Position numbers and translations under genes: made by a program. A stretch of 63,145 nt of DNA, taken from positions 1 through 63,145 of the forward strand of contig CAYSFB010000012.1 in the NCBI GenBank assembly GCA_964430735.1. Reading direction: 5' to 3'. This document shows positions 1 to 9,509 of the stretch, in pieces. The DNA comes from an uncultured Planctomycetia bacterium (GTDB taxonomy: Bacteria > Omnitrophota > Gorgyraeia > 2-02-FULL-51-18 > JAGOUK01). Under the pieces are notes generated by a model. It was not told the origin of the DNA, did not search any database, and saw only the letters and a list, made by a program, of their open reading frames with translations. Position 1 is the first letter of the stretch. Every line of letters starts with the position of its first letter.

Positions 1-1460
1 GCAACGAGCGAGGTCGCGGTCACATTGTTCGCGGCGGCGTTGGCGTCGGTGATCGCGCCGGCGGTCGCAGTAAGATTGGCAGTACCGGAAGCGGAGACCG
101 TCGTGACGTTCAGGTCACCCGTCGTGGACGTAACCGTCGCATCGCCGTTGGCGGCTGAGACGTTGAGCACATTGGCTCCGTCGGTTTCGTCGAGATTGAT
201 GTTGCCCGCACCGGAAGTGGTGGCGGTCAGGTTCGTGACGGTGGTGTCGAGATCCACACCCGTGGCCGCTGAGGCGACGAGCGAGGTCGCGGTCACGTTG
301 TTCGCGGCGGCGTTGGCGTCGGTGATCGCGCCGGCGGTGGCCGTCAGGCTCGCGTTGCCCGTGGCAGAAACTGTCGTGACATTCAGATTGCCCGTCGCAG
401 AAGTGACCGTCGCATCGCCGTTGGAAGCGGCGACGTTGAGGACGTTGGCGCCGTCGGCTTCATCCAAATTGATATTGCCCGCCCCGGTCGTGGTCGCGGT
501 CAGATTGTCGACATTCGTGTCGAGGTCGATGCCGGTGGCAGCCGAAGCGACAAGGCTGGAAGCGATCACGTTCACGCAACAGCCATTCGGATCGGTGATC
601 GCGCCGGCGGTTGCCGTCAGCGTCGTGGTGCCGCTGGCGTCGGCGGCAACGATGCTCAAATCACCCGTCGTCGAGGTGACGGTCAGATCGCCGTCGGTCG
701 CCTGCGCCTGCACGGAAGCGCCGTTCGATTCGTCAATGAGGATGTTGCCGGTACCCGTCGTTATGGCGGTCAGATCCGCAACGTCGGTATCGAGATCGAT
801 GCCGGTGTCGGCAAGAGCCGCCAGGCTGTTCGCGGTAACGTTGGTCGCGCCGGCGTTGGCGTCGGTGATGGCGCCCGCGGCAGCGGTGAGACTGGCCGTA
901 CCGGAAGCGGAGATGGTCGTGACGTTCAGATTGCCCGTCGTGGACGTGACGCTCGCGTCGCCGTTGGAGGCCGCAACGTTGAGGACATTCGCGCCGTCGG
1001 CTTCGTACAGCTCGATGTTGCCCGCGCCGGAAGTGGTGGCGGTCAGATTGGTCACGGTCGTGTCGAGCTCGATGCCGGTAGCGGCCGAGGCGACAAGCGA
1101 TACGGCGGTGACGTTGTTCGCGGCGGCGTTGGCGTCGGTGATCGAGCCGGCGGTGGCCGTGAGATTGGCCGAACCGGAAGCGGAAATGGTCGTCACAGCC
1201 AGGTTGCCCGTGGTCGAGGTGACGGTGGCGTCGCCATTAGAGGCGGCGACGTTGAGCACATTGGCTCCGTCGGCTTCGTCGATAGTGATATTGCCAGCAC
1301 CCGTCGTGGTGGCGGTCAGGTTCGTGACGGTGGTGTCGAGATCCACACCCGTGGCAGCCGAAGCAACGAGCGAGGTCGCGGTCACATTGTTCGCGGCGGC
1401 GTTGGCGTCGGTGATCGAGCCGGCGGTGGCGGCCAAAGTCACGTCGCCGGTGGTCGAGAT
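1..1460 (-). repeat. Coding tandem repeat, unit 273 bp (91 aa), >=5.3 copies, continues off window
   Basis: Anchor ACGAGCGAGGTCGCGGTCAC occurs at 4, 277 and 1366, with diverged copies near 550, 823 and 1090. The antisense ORF 25..1491 also shows a 91-aa period. In the true frame the unit reads ...AGAITDANAAANNVTATSLVASAATGVDLDTTVTNLTATT.GAGNI.LDE.DGANVLNV.A.NGDATVTS.TG.LNVTT.SASG.A.LTAT... Confidence 0.9.
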
Positions 1461-3698
1461 CACGCCGGTGACAATATTGTTTGCATCCTGAGTGACGGAC
1501 ACCGCTCCGGCTCCGCCGGTGGCGACATTGAGATCCATCGAAGCAGTTCCGACATTCCGAACGGTCACATTGTTGCCGTTCGTGCCGGTCACGGTCAGAC
1601 TGTCGACGTCGAGGTTCAGGCCTTGAGCGCCTCCGGATCCGCCGATGGCGGAGGTGGAGGTCAGAGACAAGGAGCCGGTGGTCGCCAAAGCTGCGCCGGT
1701 ATCGTCGTCGTCGTTGATGGTGGAACCGGAAACGAGCGCGACGTTCTTGGCGCCCAGCGTCAGTTCATCCAGTGTGATCGCGCCGTCGGTGAGGGTCGAA
1801 GCGCCGGTTCCGGCACCGTCCGAGCCCTTCGTGGTCGCCTGACCCAGCGTAACAGTTCCGGTTGAGGAAACGAGATCCAATTCGGTGTCGGTCAGCTGCG
1901 CGCCGGCCGCCGTGCCGAGCGCCATCGCAGTTCCAGTCACCGAATGGGCGATCGCCACGTTGCCTGCGCCCGCATTGATGGCGGAATTGAACACAAAATC
2001 TGAGCCGATCAGCGTGATGTTTCCGCCGCCGCTCGAAAGCGCGCCAAGCGTCAACGTTCCCGTACCGTCGGCAGCGCCGGCGGTCGAATGAACGGAATCG
2101 GCCTCAAAATGAATGGCTCCGCCGGCGGTCGAAATGCTGTCCGCCACGTCGTTAAACGTGATGTGACGGCCGGCCTGGACCACAAAGGATTCACCGGCAG
2201 TCAGACCCGCCATATTGAGGGTGTTGTCCGCCAGGTTGCCAAGGAAGAAGTCTCTCTGCGCCTGAAGGATCACGTTGGCCGTGAGCGCTTCGACGACAGA
2301 CTCGTTCAAGCTCCAGTCCGCAGCGCCGCCGCCGTCAGCAAAGAGAATCTGGGAATCTCCGATCTGAACGTCGTTCCGGGGAGGAGGGGGCGTCCCGCTG
2401 ACGATGGTGATGTCGCGCGGGTCGAGCAGGATCGTACCGGTCGCGCCGTTGGGGGCGCCAAGATCCGCGCCGCCCTGAAACAAAAGATTTTCTTTGCCGG
2501 ACACTTCGGCAAATCCGCCGTTGCCGCCGTTGGCGCCGCCGCGGGCGGAGAGATTTCCATAATACTTCGTGTTCTGATCGGCCCAAACGACGATTTTGCC
2601 GCCGTCGCCGCTGTCGACCGCATCGGCCTTGAGGGTCGCACCGCCGGTCACGACAGTCTGCTTGGCGTTCGCCAAAGTGCCCAAGCCCTGGTAATCCCCG
2701 CCGACGAGCACAGCTCCGCCGCCGTTGGCACCGGAAGCGTCGAGCACAGCTCCGCCGGTCACGCCGACTTTTTCGCCGGTGACTTCGATCCGGCCGCCGG
2801 TCTGCCCCGCGGCAAGACCCGTCGCGTCGGCCGTGCCGGACACAAGGACCACGCCCGCGTCGCCGCCGTCGAACACGACGACGCCGTTGCGGACGCTGGC
2901 GGAACGCGCTTGCGCGATTCCGCTGTGATTGATGATGTTGTCGAAGGCGCCTTCAACGGCCTTGGCAGAAACTTTGACCACGCCGCCGTCCGCCTGCAGT
3001 TTGCCCGAATTCTTGATCGCGTCCGCAACCGGATTGCCGTTCACATCGGTGATGCCGGCGAGCGTCGCCTCATCCACGGCGATATTCATCATGCCGCGCC
3101 CGTCGATCGACAAGGTCGCGCTGTTGCCCGCTCCGAGCAGCACCGACCCGCCGTCGGCGGTCATCCGGCCTTCATTGGACACGGCTCCGCCGAGCAGCGC
3201 GAGATATCCCCCGTCCTGGGCGGTCATCGAACCCTGGTTCACGATCTGACCGGGGCCGGCGCCCTGAAACGCGTAGTTTCCGGCCAAAAAGTCAGAATCC
3301 TTGATGTCGATCGTCGTGGCCACGAGGCTGCCGACGTTGACCTGCGAGTTCGGTCCGAACATGATGCCGTTGGGGTTCAAGAGGAAGAGTTGTCCGTTCG
3401 CGTTCAGGGTACCGAGGATCTGGGAGGGGTCCTGACCCAGGATGCGGAACAGCGCCGCGGACGAAGCCGAAGGCTGGAGCACGTTCACCGTCTCGGGAAG
3501 CCCGACATTGAAGCTGTTGAACTGCGCCACCAGGTTCTCGGAGTTCTGCTGGAAGTTATAGACGTCCCCGTCCACGCTGACGGAACCGGATCCGCTGGTG
3601 ATTTCTTTGAGGTCCGGATTGGCAAAGCCCGCGGGCGCCAATTGCATCAGACCGAACGTGGAGATCAGAAGACTCGTGGTGATTTTTTTGAGATTCAT
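1..3698 (-). CDS. Two-partner-secretion exoprotein (TpsA, filamentous-haemagglutinin-like); C-terminal part lies beyond the left window edge
   Basis: Own translation of minus strand from ATG 3698: MNLKKITTSLLISTFGLMQLAPAGFA (signal peptide). A TPS/haemagg_act-type domain follows, including LFLLNPNGIMFGPNSQVNVGSLVATT (NPNGI motif), then G/A/T/N/V-rich beta-helix-like sequence. The frame stays open to position 1, which explains its absence from the ORF track. It lies 27 nt downstream of a TpsB gene. Confidence 0.85.
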   Translation of the reverse strand, partial: MNLKKITTSLLISTFGLMQLAPAGFANPDLKEITSGSGSVSVDGDVYNFQQNSENLVAQFNSFNVGLPETVNVLQPSASSAALFRILGQDPSQILGTLNANGQLFLLNPNGIMFGPNSQVNVGSLVATTIDIKDSDFLAGNYAFQGAGPGQIVNQGSMTAQDGGYLALLGGAVSNEGRMTADGGSVLLGAGNSATLSIDGRGMMNIAVDEATLAGITDVNGNPVADAIKNSGKLQADGGVVKVSAKAVEGAFDNIINHSGIAQARSASVRNGVVVFDGGDAGVVLVSGTADATGLAAGQTGGRIEVTGEKVGVTGGAVLDASGANGGGAVLVGGDYQGLGTLANAKQTVVTGGATLKADAVDSGDGGKIVVWADQNTKYYGNLSARGGANGGNGGFAEVSGKENLLFQGGADLGAPNGATGTILLDPRDITIVSGTPPPPRNDVQIGDSQILFADGGGAADWSLNESVVEALTANVILQAQRDFFLGNLADNTLNMAGLTAGESFVVQAGRHITFNDVADSISTAGGAIHFEADSVHSTAGAADGTGTLTLGALSSGGGNITLIGSDFVFNSAINAGAGNVAIAHSVTGTAMALGTAAGAQLTDTELDLVSSTGTVTLGQATTKGSDGAGTGASTLTDGAITLDELTLGAKNVALVSGSTINDDDDTGAALATTGSLSLTSTSAIGGSGGAQGLNLDVDSLTVTGTNGNNVTVRNVGTASMDLNVATGGAGAVSVTQDANNIVTGVISTTGDVTLAATAGSITDANAAANNVTATSLVASAATGVDLDTTVTNLTATTTGAGNITIDEADGANVLNVAASNGDATVTSTTGNLAVTTISASGSANLTATAGSITDANAAANNVTAVSLVASAATGIELDTTVTNLTATTSGAGNIELYEADGANVLNVAASNGDASVTSTTGNLNVTTISASGTASLTAAAGAITDANAGATNVTANSLAALADTGIDLDTDVADLTAITTGTGNILIDESNGASVQAQATDGDLTVTSTTGDLSIVAADASGTTTLTATAGAITDPNGCCVNVIASSLVASAATGIDLDTNVDNLTATTTGAGNINLDEADGANVLNVAASNGDATVTSATGNLNVTTVSATGNASLTATAGAITDANAAANNVTATSLVASAATGVDLDTTVTNLTATTSGAGNINLDETDGANVLNVSAANGDATVTSTTGDLNVTTVSASGTANLTATAGAITDANAAANNVTATSLV

Positions 3699-3725
3699 GT
3701 GAGCTTCCCCGATGAGTTGATGAAA

Positions 3726-5879
3726 TTAAAAAAGGTCGGCCGACACGCCGAAATACACGACGCCGTCTCCGCCGTCGGAGGCGGTCTCGGTCAGCGGAAT
3801 TCCGTAACCCACTTGCGCGGCCATCATGTCGTTGAGCCGGAGGCGGACGCCGAACCCGGTTCCAGAAATGTCTTTCTTGCTGCTCTCACCGGGAAGCGCG
3901 CCGCGCAGATCGGCGGTACCGTAATCGAAGAAGGTCAGCATGCGGAGATTCTTGTAGAGAGATTCTTTTTGATAAGGAAGACGCCAATCGCGCGGCATGA
4001 AAAAGACCGGAACGGCAAGTTCGGAGCTGGCGACCGCGCCGTAATCCCCGAGATACTCGCCCTGCGGATAGCCGCGGACCGTGTCAAAGCCGCCGATTCC
4101 GAACTGCTCCGAAGGCGGAAGCTTGTCGGGGCTGAGCTGCCACGAACCTTTGAGGCGGACCGACATGTCGTTGGCCAGGTACTGAATGCGCTGAACTTGC
4201 GATCTATATATAAGGAAAGGGGCTCCGGTGTGCGCGCGGCTCAGGCTGATGTCGTTCTTGTCCGAAGCGCCGAACGCGGAAACGCCGATATGGAGACCGT
4301 GCGGCCAGATCGTGCGGCCGTAATTGTCCTTTTCTTCCCAGGTCACGATCGAATTGATCACGCGCAGCTGGTCGTCGCCGATGCGGGTGCCGAGGATCTC
4401 GTTCTGGACGCTCTTCATATCCATACCGAGCTTCAGGTTGATGTCGTTGTTGACCGTGTCGTACAGCGGCATCGTGGTGTAAAGACCCCAGGTCCGGGTC
4501 TCGCCTTCGATGTTCAGCGCCTTGAAGTCGCCCTGAAGATCGAGTTCGCCGAGCACATACGATCCGCCGAAACGAACGTCGGGGCTTATAAAGGAAAGCG
4601 GGTGCGAATAATCGACCGCGTAGGCGGTTCCGCCTTCGCTGAACTGGAAACGCGTATACAGCTCGTCCATATGTCCGAGCAGGTTCGTATGGACCAGGCT
4701 GAGGCCGTAGCGTTCTTCGCCGGCCAGACGCGTGCCGTAGTTGTTGAAGTCGAGCGAGGTGTGGAACGGCGAGCGATCGGCGACTTCGACGTCGATATCG
4801 GTCGTGCCGGGTTCCTGACCGGGAACAAAGGTGGCCTTCATGTCGATGTCGCGGTGGTTGTCGAGCTTGAGCATGCGGTTCTCGACCTGCTCGTAGGTCA
4901 GCTGACCGCCGGTCGGAAGGTTGAGCTGGCGCATCAGGGTGTCGGTGGAGAAGTGCTGGTTGCCGTGCATCTTGATCTGGCCGATCTTGCCCTCGGTGAC
5001 CTCGATGTCGACGATGCCGTCATCCAGAGTCTGCGGCGGGATCGACACATAGGCGCCGACGTAACCGCGGGTGCGGTACATCTGCTTCACTTCGGAAGCG
5101 GCGGCCTGAATGTCCTGCAGCGTGATGTCCTTGCCGACGAGCGGGGTGAAGCGCGCGAGGATCTCGTCGCTCGGGATGAGCGTGTTGCCCTTGACCTCAA
5201 ATCCCTGAACCTGGAAGAACGGACCTTGCGGCGCAGCCGGGGCGGCGGGCGCGGAAGCGGCGGACGAAGCGGAGGCGCCTTTGGCGAGCTGCTCGGTCTG
5301 CAAGGCACGCATTTCTTCGCGGATCTCGATTGCCTGTTCAAAGTTCAAGTCGGCCACGGCCTGGCTCATCCGGGCTTCCAATTTTTCCTGCTCGTTCCAC
5401 CAGCTCAGGTTCTGGCGCATGGCGCTCAGCTGTTCGCGAAGCTCAATCGCGCGCTCGAAGTCCTGCGACTGCGCGGACTGCCACATTTCTTTTTCGATCG
5501 GGCTGGCAAGATAAAGACCGTTGGCTTGCGGAACCTTGGACCAATCGACGTTTGAATCTGCGGGAGCGACGGCGCGGCGGGCGGGTCTCTTTTTGGCGGG
5601 CTCGGACTGGGTCATCATCGACCACATCGGGGCCATGATTCCGCGCGGCTTTTCGGCGAGCTTCATCTGCGCGGGCGTCGGCGCGGGCTGCGGCATCTGC
5701 TGCATCGCGGGATTCTTCGGCGCGAACTCCATGCCCATCTGGCGGTTGCCCTTGCGCGCATCCTGATCGGCGGAATCGGTTTCCGCATGCAGCGTCGAGA
5801 GCAGACAAAAAACGCTCAACGGGATCGTGAGCGAAAGACTGACAATAACGGCCGAAAATCGGTCGATCGATTTTTTCAT
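3726..5879 (-). CDS. TpsB outer-membrane transporter (ShlB/FhaC/HecB family) with long N-terminal extension
   Basis: 717-aa ORF with a signal peptide. POTRA-type segment: FQVQGFEVKGNTLIPSDEILARFTPLVGKDITLQDIQAAASEVKQMYRTRGYVGAYVSIPPQTLDDGIVDIEVTEGKIG. ShlB-type barrel ends ...VVYFGVSADLF. Located directly upstream of tpsA. Confidence 0.9.
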   Translation of the reverse strand: MKKSIDRFSAVIVSLSLTIPLSVFCLLSTLHAETDSADQDARKGNRQMGMEFAPKNPAMQQMPQPAPTPAQMKLAEKPRGIMAPMWSMMTQSEPAKKRPARRAVAPADSNVDWSKVPQANGLYLASPIEKEMWQSAQSQDFERAIELREQLSAMRQNLSWWNEQEKLEARMSQAVADLNFEQAIEIREEMRALQTEQLAKGASASSAASAPAAPAAPQGPFFQVQGFEVKGNTLIPSDEILARFTPLVGKDITLQDIQAAASEVKQMYRTRGYVGAYVSIPPQTLDDGIVDIEVTEGKIGQIKMHGNQHFSTDTLMRQLNLPTGGQLTYEQVENRMLKLDNHRDIDMKATFVPGQEPGTTDIDVEVADRSPFHTSLDFNNYGTRLAGEERYGLSLVHTNLLGHMDELYTRFQFSEGGTAYAVDYSHPLSFISPDVRFGGSYVLGELDLQGDFKALNIEGETRTWGLYTTMPLYDTVNNDINLKLGMDMKSVQNEILGTRIGDDQLRVINSIVTWEEKDNYGRTIWPHGLHIGVSAFGASDKNDISLSRAHTGAPFLIYRSQVQRIQYLANDMSVRLKGSWQLSPDKLPPSEQFGIGGFDTVRGYPQGEYLGDYGAVASSELAVPVFFMPRDWRLPYQKESLYKNLRMLTFFDYGTADLRGALPGESSKKDISGTGFGVRLRLNDMMAAQVGYGIPLTETASDGGDGVVYFGVSADLF

Positions 5880-6072
5880 AAAATGAATGTTCTCTATGTA
5901 GATTGAAGCGTGCGTTTTGCGAGTGACGGGTGAATGCTACGCTTCCACCAAATCAGAGTCAACGATTCATTGTTGAAAAAAAATCATGTTTGAAATTTTT
6001 GTATTAAAAAGTAGGTTTGCGTCTATTTTGTTCTAAATTTTTATAAGAAACAGGACTGGGGATAAACGGAGG

Positions 6073-8352
6073 TCAGCGGGGCTTGAAGATCCGGAGAAGC
6101 GCAGGCAGAACAAACAGATCGCTCAACGTCACCAATCCGATCGTCGCGCAGCTTAAAAATCCGAACTGCACCGTCGGAACCATGTGACCGAACATCGTCA
6201 CGCCAAAACCGCCCATCAAAATAAGCGACGAGGCTATCACCGGTTTGAAACGTTTGGACAGCATCTGCGTCACCGCGGCTTCCGCGTCCATTCCAGCCGC
6301 GCGGGCCTCGCGGTATCCGCACAACAGATAAACCGTGTTGTCGAACACCAGACCGATCGCGACGCTGGCGATCATCGCTGTCGCGGTATTGAGACCGATA
6401 CCGAGCAAGGACATCAAACCGAAAAGACCGGCAATCGGAACGAAGTTCGGCAAAACCCCCAAAAATGCATAAGGCGCCGACCGCAGAATCAAAATGATGA
6501 GCGCGAGGATCACACAAAACGCCGTCAAAACACTCGCGGCCTCGTCGTGGACCAGCTGTTGCGACATTTCGGCCAGCAACCGCGTTTCTCCGGTCACGGA
6601 CACGCGCCAGCCGCTCCCCAGAACTTCGCCGGCCGCTTGCGGGATTTGCCGCGCGAGCTCCATGACACGCGCCGTGTCGGAGGTGGTGAGCAACGCGGTG
6701 AAACGCAGCTGCAGATTCCCTTCGCCGGCAAAATGCCTCCACCCTTCCGGGTTCTTTTCGGGAATCTCGTCGAGCATGCGTCCGAGGAGTTTTTCCGACC
6801 TCGGGCGGCCGACGACGCCTTCAAAATAGCGGATCACGTCGGTCGGACCGGTGACATGCGAGACGTCCGCGGTCTCTTCAATCCGGCCCTCGAACCGGTC
6901 GAGACGATCCCAGGCGTCCGGGGTCCGCATCCCCTTCATGGTGGGCGGTTCGACCAGGATCTCGAGCGGATAAACGCCGCCGAGCCGCTCGATAAATAGC
7001 TCCGTGTCGCGACGGAAGGGGTCGGAAGGCTTGAAAATCTTGATCAGATCCGTCGACGTTTGAAGCTGTGGAATCTGACGGACGGCCGCGACGACGAAGA
7101 CAACGGCCAGAGCGACCAGGAGCCAGCTGACCGGTCGCGTCAGCCGGGCAATCGTCTTGCCAGTCCATTCGAACGGATCGAAGCGGCCGGTCATCGGCAT
7201 TCTCGGCCAGGTCGCGAACAGCGGCGCCGCCAGCATCGTGAGCAGAAATGCAAAAGCCGTCCCCGCCGCTCCGTATGCGCCGAAGTCCCGGACCGCCGGG
7301 ACCCGGCTGACCAGCAGCGAAATGAACCCGATGAACGTCGTCAAATTGGCCAAAAAAATCGGGACAAACATCCCGCGGATCGCACGCACGAGCCGAAGAC
7401 TCGGCAACGGTTCGTTGCGCACCAGATCAAAAATACCGCAGGCCTTGATCGTCGAGCTCACCGCGACGATCAGGATCACCGGAGCCAGGAGCGCCGTCAC
7501 CGCATGCAGCCGGCCGCCGGCGGCCGTCATCAGTGCCTCCGTGAGCGTGAGTGAGCCGCCCATGACCACCAGGCTGTACAACACGGTCCGCAGGTCCAAA
7601 TGGAACACGATCAGAAGCGCGACGATCACGCCGACGCACAGCGGGACGAATGCGCGGCGGTCCCGGTCGATCTGCTCGCCGAAGGTACGCTGTTCCAGAA
7701 CGGTGCCGGTGAACATCGCTTCCGCGTCGGCCGGCAGACGTTCCGTCACGGCACGGCGGACCGCGTCCAGCGCGACGGATAATTCCGGCGCATCGGGCTT
7801 GAGCGTTACGATCACCGCCGCCGTCCGGCCGTCGGCCGAAAGAAGCTGGGAACCCGGCGGCGGCCAATGCTCCCGGTCAGCCAGAAAAGACTCCGGATTT
7901 TCTTTACCGGAAACCAGCGCTCCGAACAGCGGTTTTTCTTCCATGCGGCCGAACCAGCCGAGATGATGCCGCGTCAGCCCCGCCAAACCGCGGACCTGAT
8001 GCACGCCAGGAATTGTTTTGAGCTCGGCTTCGAGCTCCGTAAGAACCGCCGCAGACGCGGCGTCGATGGGATTCGCGAACCGGAGACCGACCGCGATCGA
8101 CTCTTCGGCGGTGAAGACACGGTTGAAGTTCTCGTATTCGTACCAGGAAAAATTGTCGCGGATGACAAAGGAGTTGTTCGAAGCGTCAACCGGCACCTGG
8201 CGCGAAACCGGCCACACCGCCGCACACAACGCAACCGCCGCCAAGGCGGGAATCCAGCGGAGCCGGTAGAGCCAGACGGCCCAGGCCGGCGCGGACACGA
8301 GCGTATCGGGCTTACGGTCGATCAGCTTGGGGCCGGAAACGTCCGCGCTCAC
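6073..8352 (-). CDS. MMPL/RND-superfamily membrane transporter
   Basis: ORF 6073..8508 has two blocks of about 6 hydrophobic helices separated by large soluble loops (MMPL/HpnN-like layout). The ORF-track start overlaps the upstream gene by 160 nt. The in-frame GTG at 8352 gives a GTGA stop/start overlap, so the start is placed there (uncertain). Confidence 0.78.
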   Translation of the reverse strand: MSADVSGPKLIDRKPDTLVSAPAWAVWLYRLRWIPALAAVALCAAVWPVSRQVPVDASNNSFVIRDNFSWYEYENFNRVFTAEESIAVGLRFANPIDAASAAVLTELEAELKTIPGVHQVRGLAGLTRHHLGWFGRMEEKPLFGALVSGKENPESFLADREHWPPPGSQLLSADGRTAAVIVTLKPDAPELSVALDAVRRAVTERLPADAEAMFTGTVLEQRTFGEQIDRDRRAFVPLCVGVIVALLIVFHLDLRTVLYSLVVMGGSLTLTEALMTAAGGRLHAVTALLAPVILIVAVSSTIKACGIFDLVRNEPLPSLRLVRAIRGMFVPIFLANLTTFIGFISLLVSRVPAVRDFGAYGAAGTAFAFLLTMLAAPLFATWPRMPMTGRFDPFEWTGKTIARLTRPVSWLLVALAVVFVVAAVRQIPQLQTSTDLIKIFKPSDPFRRDTELFIERLGGVYPLEILVEPPTMKGMRTPDAWDRLDRFEGRIEETADVSHVTGPTDVIRYFEGVVGRPRSEKLLGRMLDEIPEKNPEGWRHFAGEGNLQLRFTALLTTSDTARVMELARQIPQAAGEVLGSGWRVSVTGETRLLAEMSQQLVHDEAASVLTAFCVILALIILILRSAPYAFLGVLPNFVPIAGLFGLMSLLGIGLNTATAMIASVAIGLVFDNTVYLLCGYREARAAGMDAEAAVTQMLSKRFKPVIASSLILMGGFGVTMFGHMVPTVQFGFLSCATIGLVTLSDLFVLPALLRIFKPR

Positions 8353-9509
8353 CGGACGGGCTCCGGACGGGACATCCGCACCAGCGGCGCGAGCAGAGCG
8401 GGAGCGGCGCCCAAAACCCCCATCACGATCCGCGATCCGGCGGCAGACCGTTCCGCCGCGCCGATCCAGGACCCGAACATGAATTTTTGTGAAAAAGCTT
8501 TTCTCCACGCGCGCTCAAAATCAGCGGCGACGCGGCGTTCGTCCAAAAGTTTTTGGTCCGTTCGCGCGGCCGCGAGGAGGTCGGCGAGCAGAACGCCCGA
8601 ATGCATCGCGATCGGAATTCCGCCGCCGATGACCGGATTGATCATCGACAGTGCATCGCCGACGCGGAACCTTCCGTCCCGGTAAAAAATCGGGTCGCCG
8701 TCCGGTTCGGCCTGGCACGTTTTCCAATCGCTGATCCGGACTGCATCAGCCATCTGCGACTTGAGCGCGGGATTCGAAGCCCAAAAACCCCGAACCATCC
8801 CGTCCAGATCGGCGGCCGCACCGCGCAGATAACGGCCGTCCACACACAGGCAGAGCGTCGTTTCGTCGGCGTTCAGCGGGTTCAGCCCCACATGCCCCCG
8901 TTCGATGAAGTGCAGCGCCACCGCGCCGGCGAGGCCCCGCACGCCTCGATACACGGCCTTGCACGCAAAAAAAGATCCTGTCCTGCCGTTGGCCGGACGC
9001 CGGCCCGTGGCGTCGATCCAATGCCGTGCCCGCACCGTCCGGTCCGGGCGGCCGTCCGCAAAACGCACGCGCGCCGTCCAAAAACCGTCCGCATGCGCCG
9101 TGTCGGCCGCCTGAGCGCCCGTCCACAACTCGGCGCCCTTGGCCGCCGCCGTATCCGCCATCCAGCGGTCAAAAATTCCCCGATCCACCGCAAACCCCCC
9201 GCCGCGCGGAAGGTCCGACTCAACCAGCCGCGGCCCGGAGCCCGAAATCTGAACGCGCCCGACCGGCGACTTGGGAAGCCGTTCCAACTCCGCCGACCAT
9301 CCCCATCCCCGGACCCAATCGGCGAATTCCGGCCCCAGGAATCCTCCGCACACCCGCACGCGGCCCGGCACCTCCCGGTCCAGCGCCAGAACCGACCACC
9401 CGCGCTCCGCCAGCCGCGCCGCGCAGGCGCTGCCGGACGGACCGGCGCCGACCACCAGCGCATCGAATATTTTTAAATCAGGCTCGGAGCAGTTCAGGCG
9501 GTTTTCCAT
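8349..9509 (-). CDS. FAD-dependent oxidoreductase (geranylgeranyl-reductase / UbiH-like flavoprotein family)
   Basis: N-terminal dinucleotide-binding motif DALVVGAGPSGSACAARLAERGWSVLALDRE. C-terminal GD-type motif RFRVGDALSMINPVIGGGI. About 386 aa. Confidence 0.75.
   Translation of the reverse strand: MENRLNCSEPDLKIFDALVVGAGPSGSACAARLAERGWSVLALDREVPGRVRVCGGFLGPEFADWVRGWGWSAELERLPKSPVGRVQISGSGPRLVESDLPRGGGFAVDRGIFDRWMADTAAAKGAELWTGAQAADTAHADGFWTARVRFADGRPDRTVRARHWIDATGRRPANGRTGSFFACKAVYRGVRGLAGAVALHFIERGHVGLNPLNADETTLCLCVDGRYLRGAAADLDGMVRGFWASNPALKSQMADAVRISDWKTCQAEPDGDPIFYRDGRFRVGDALSMINPVIGGGIPIAMHSGVLLADLLAAARTDQKLLDERRVAADFERAWRKAFSQKFMFGSWIGAAERSAAGSRIVMGVLGAAPALLAPLVRMSRPEPVR

Noticed and set aside
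25-1491. 488-aa plus-strand ORF with 91-aa periodicity
   Set aside because: It is the mirror image of the TpsA tandem repeats. The minus-strand frame gives haemagglutinin-like sequence continuous with a TPS domain, while the plus-frame product is A/V/P/S/T/R low complexity.
2088-5555. 1155-aa plus-strand ORF, the longest ORF in the track
   Set aside because: It is antisense to the clearly recognisable tpsB and tpsA genes. The product is R/G/A/V/D-rich low complexity with no motifs. This is a typical open antisense frame in high-GC DNA.
8353-8508. First 52 codons of the MMPL ORF
   Set aside because: They overlap the flavoprotein gene by 160 nt and encode an Arg/Gly-rich non-membrane sequence. 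The in-frame GTG at 8352 gives a GTGA coupling junction. The start remains somewhat uncertain.
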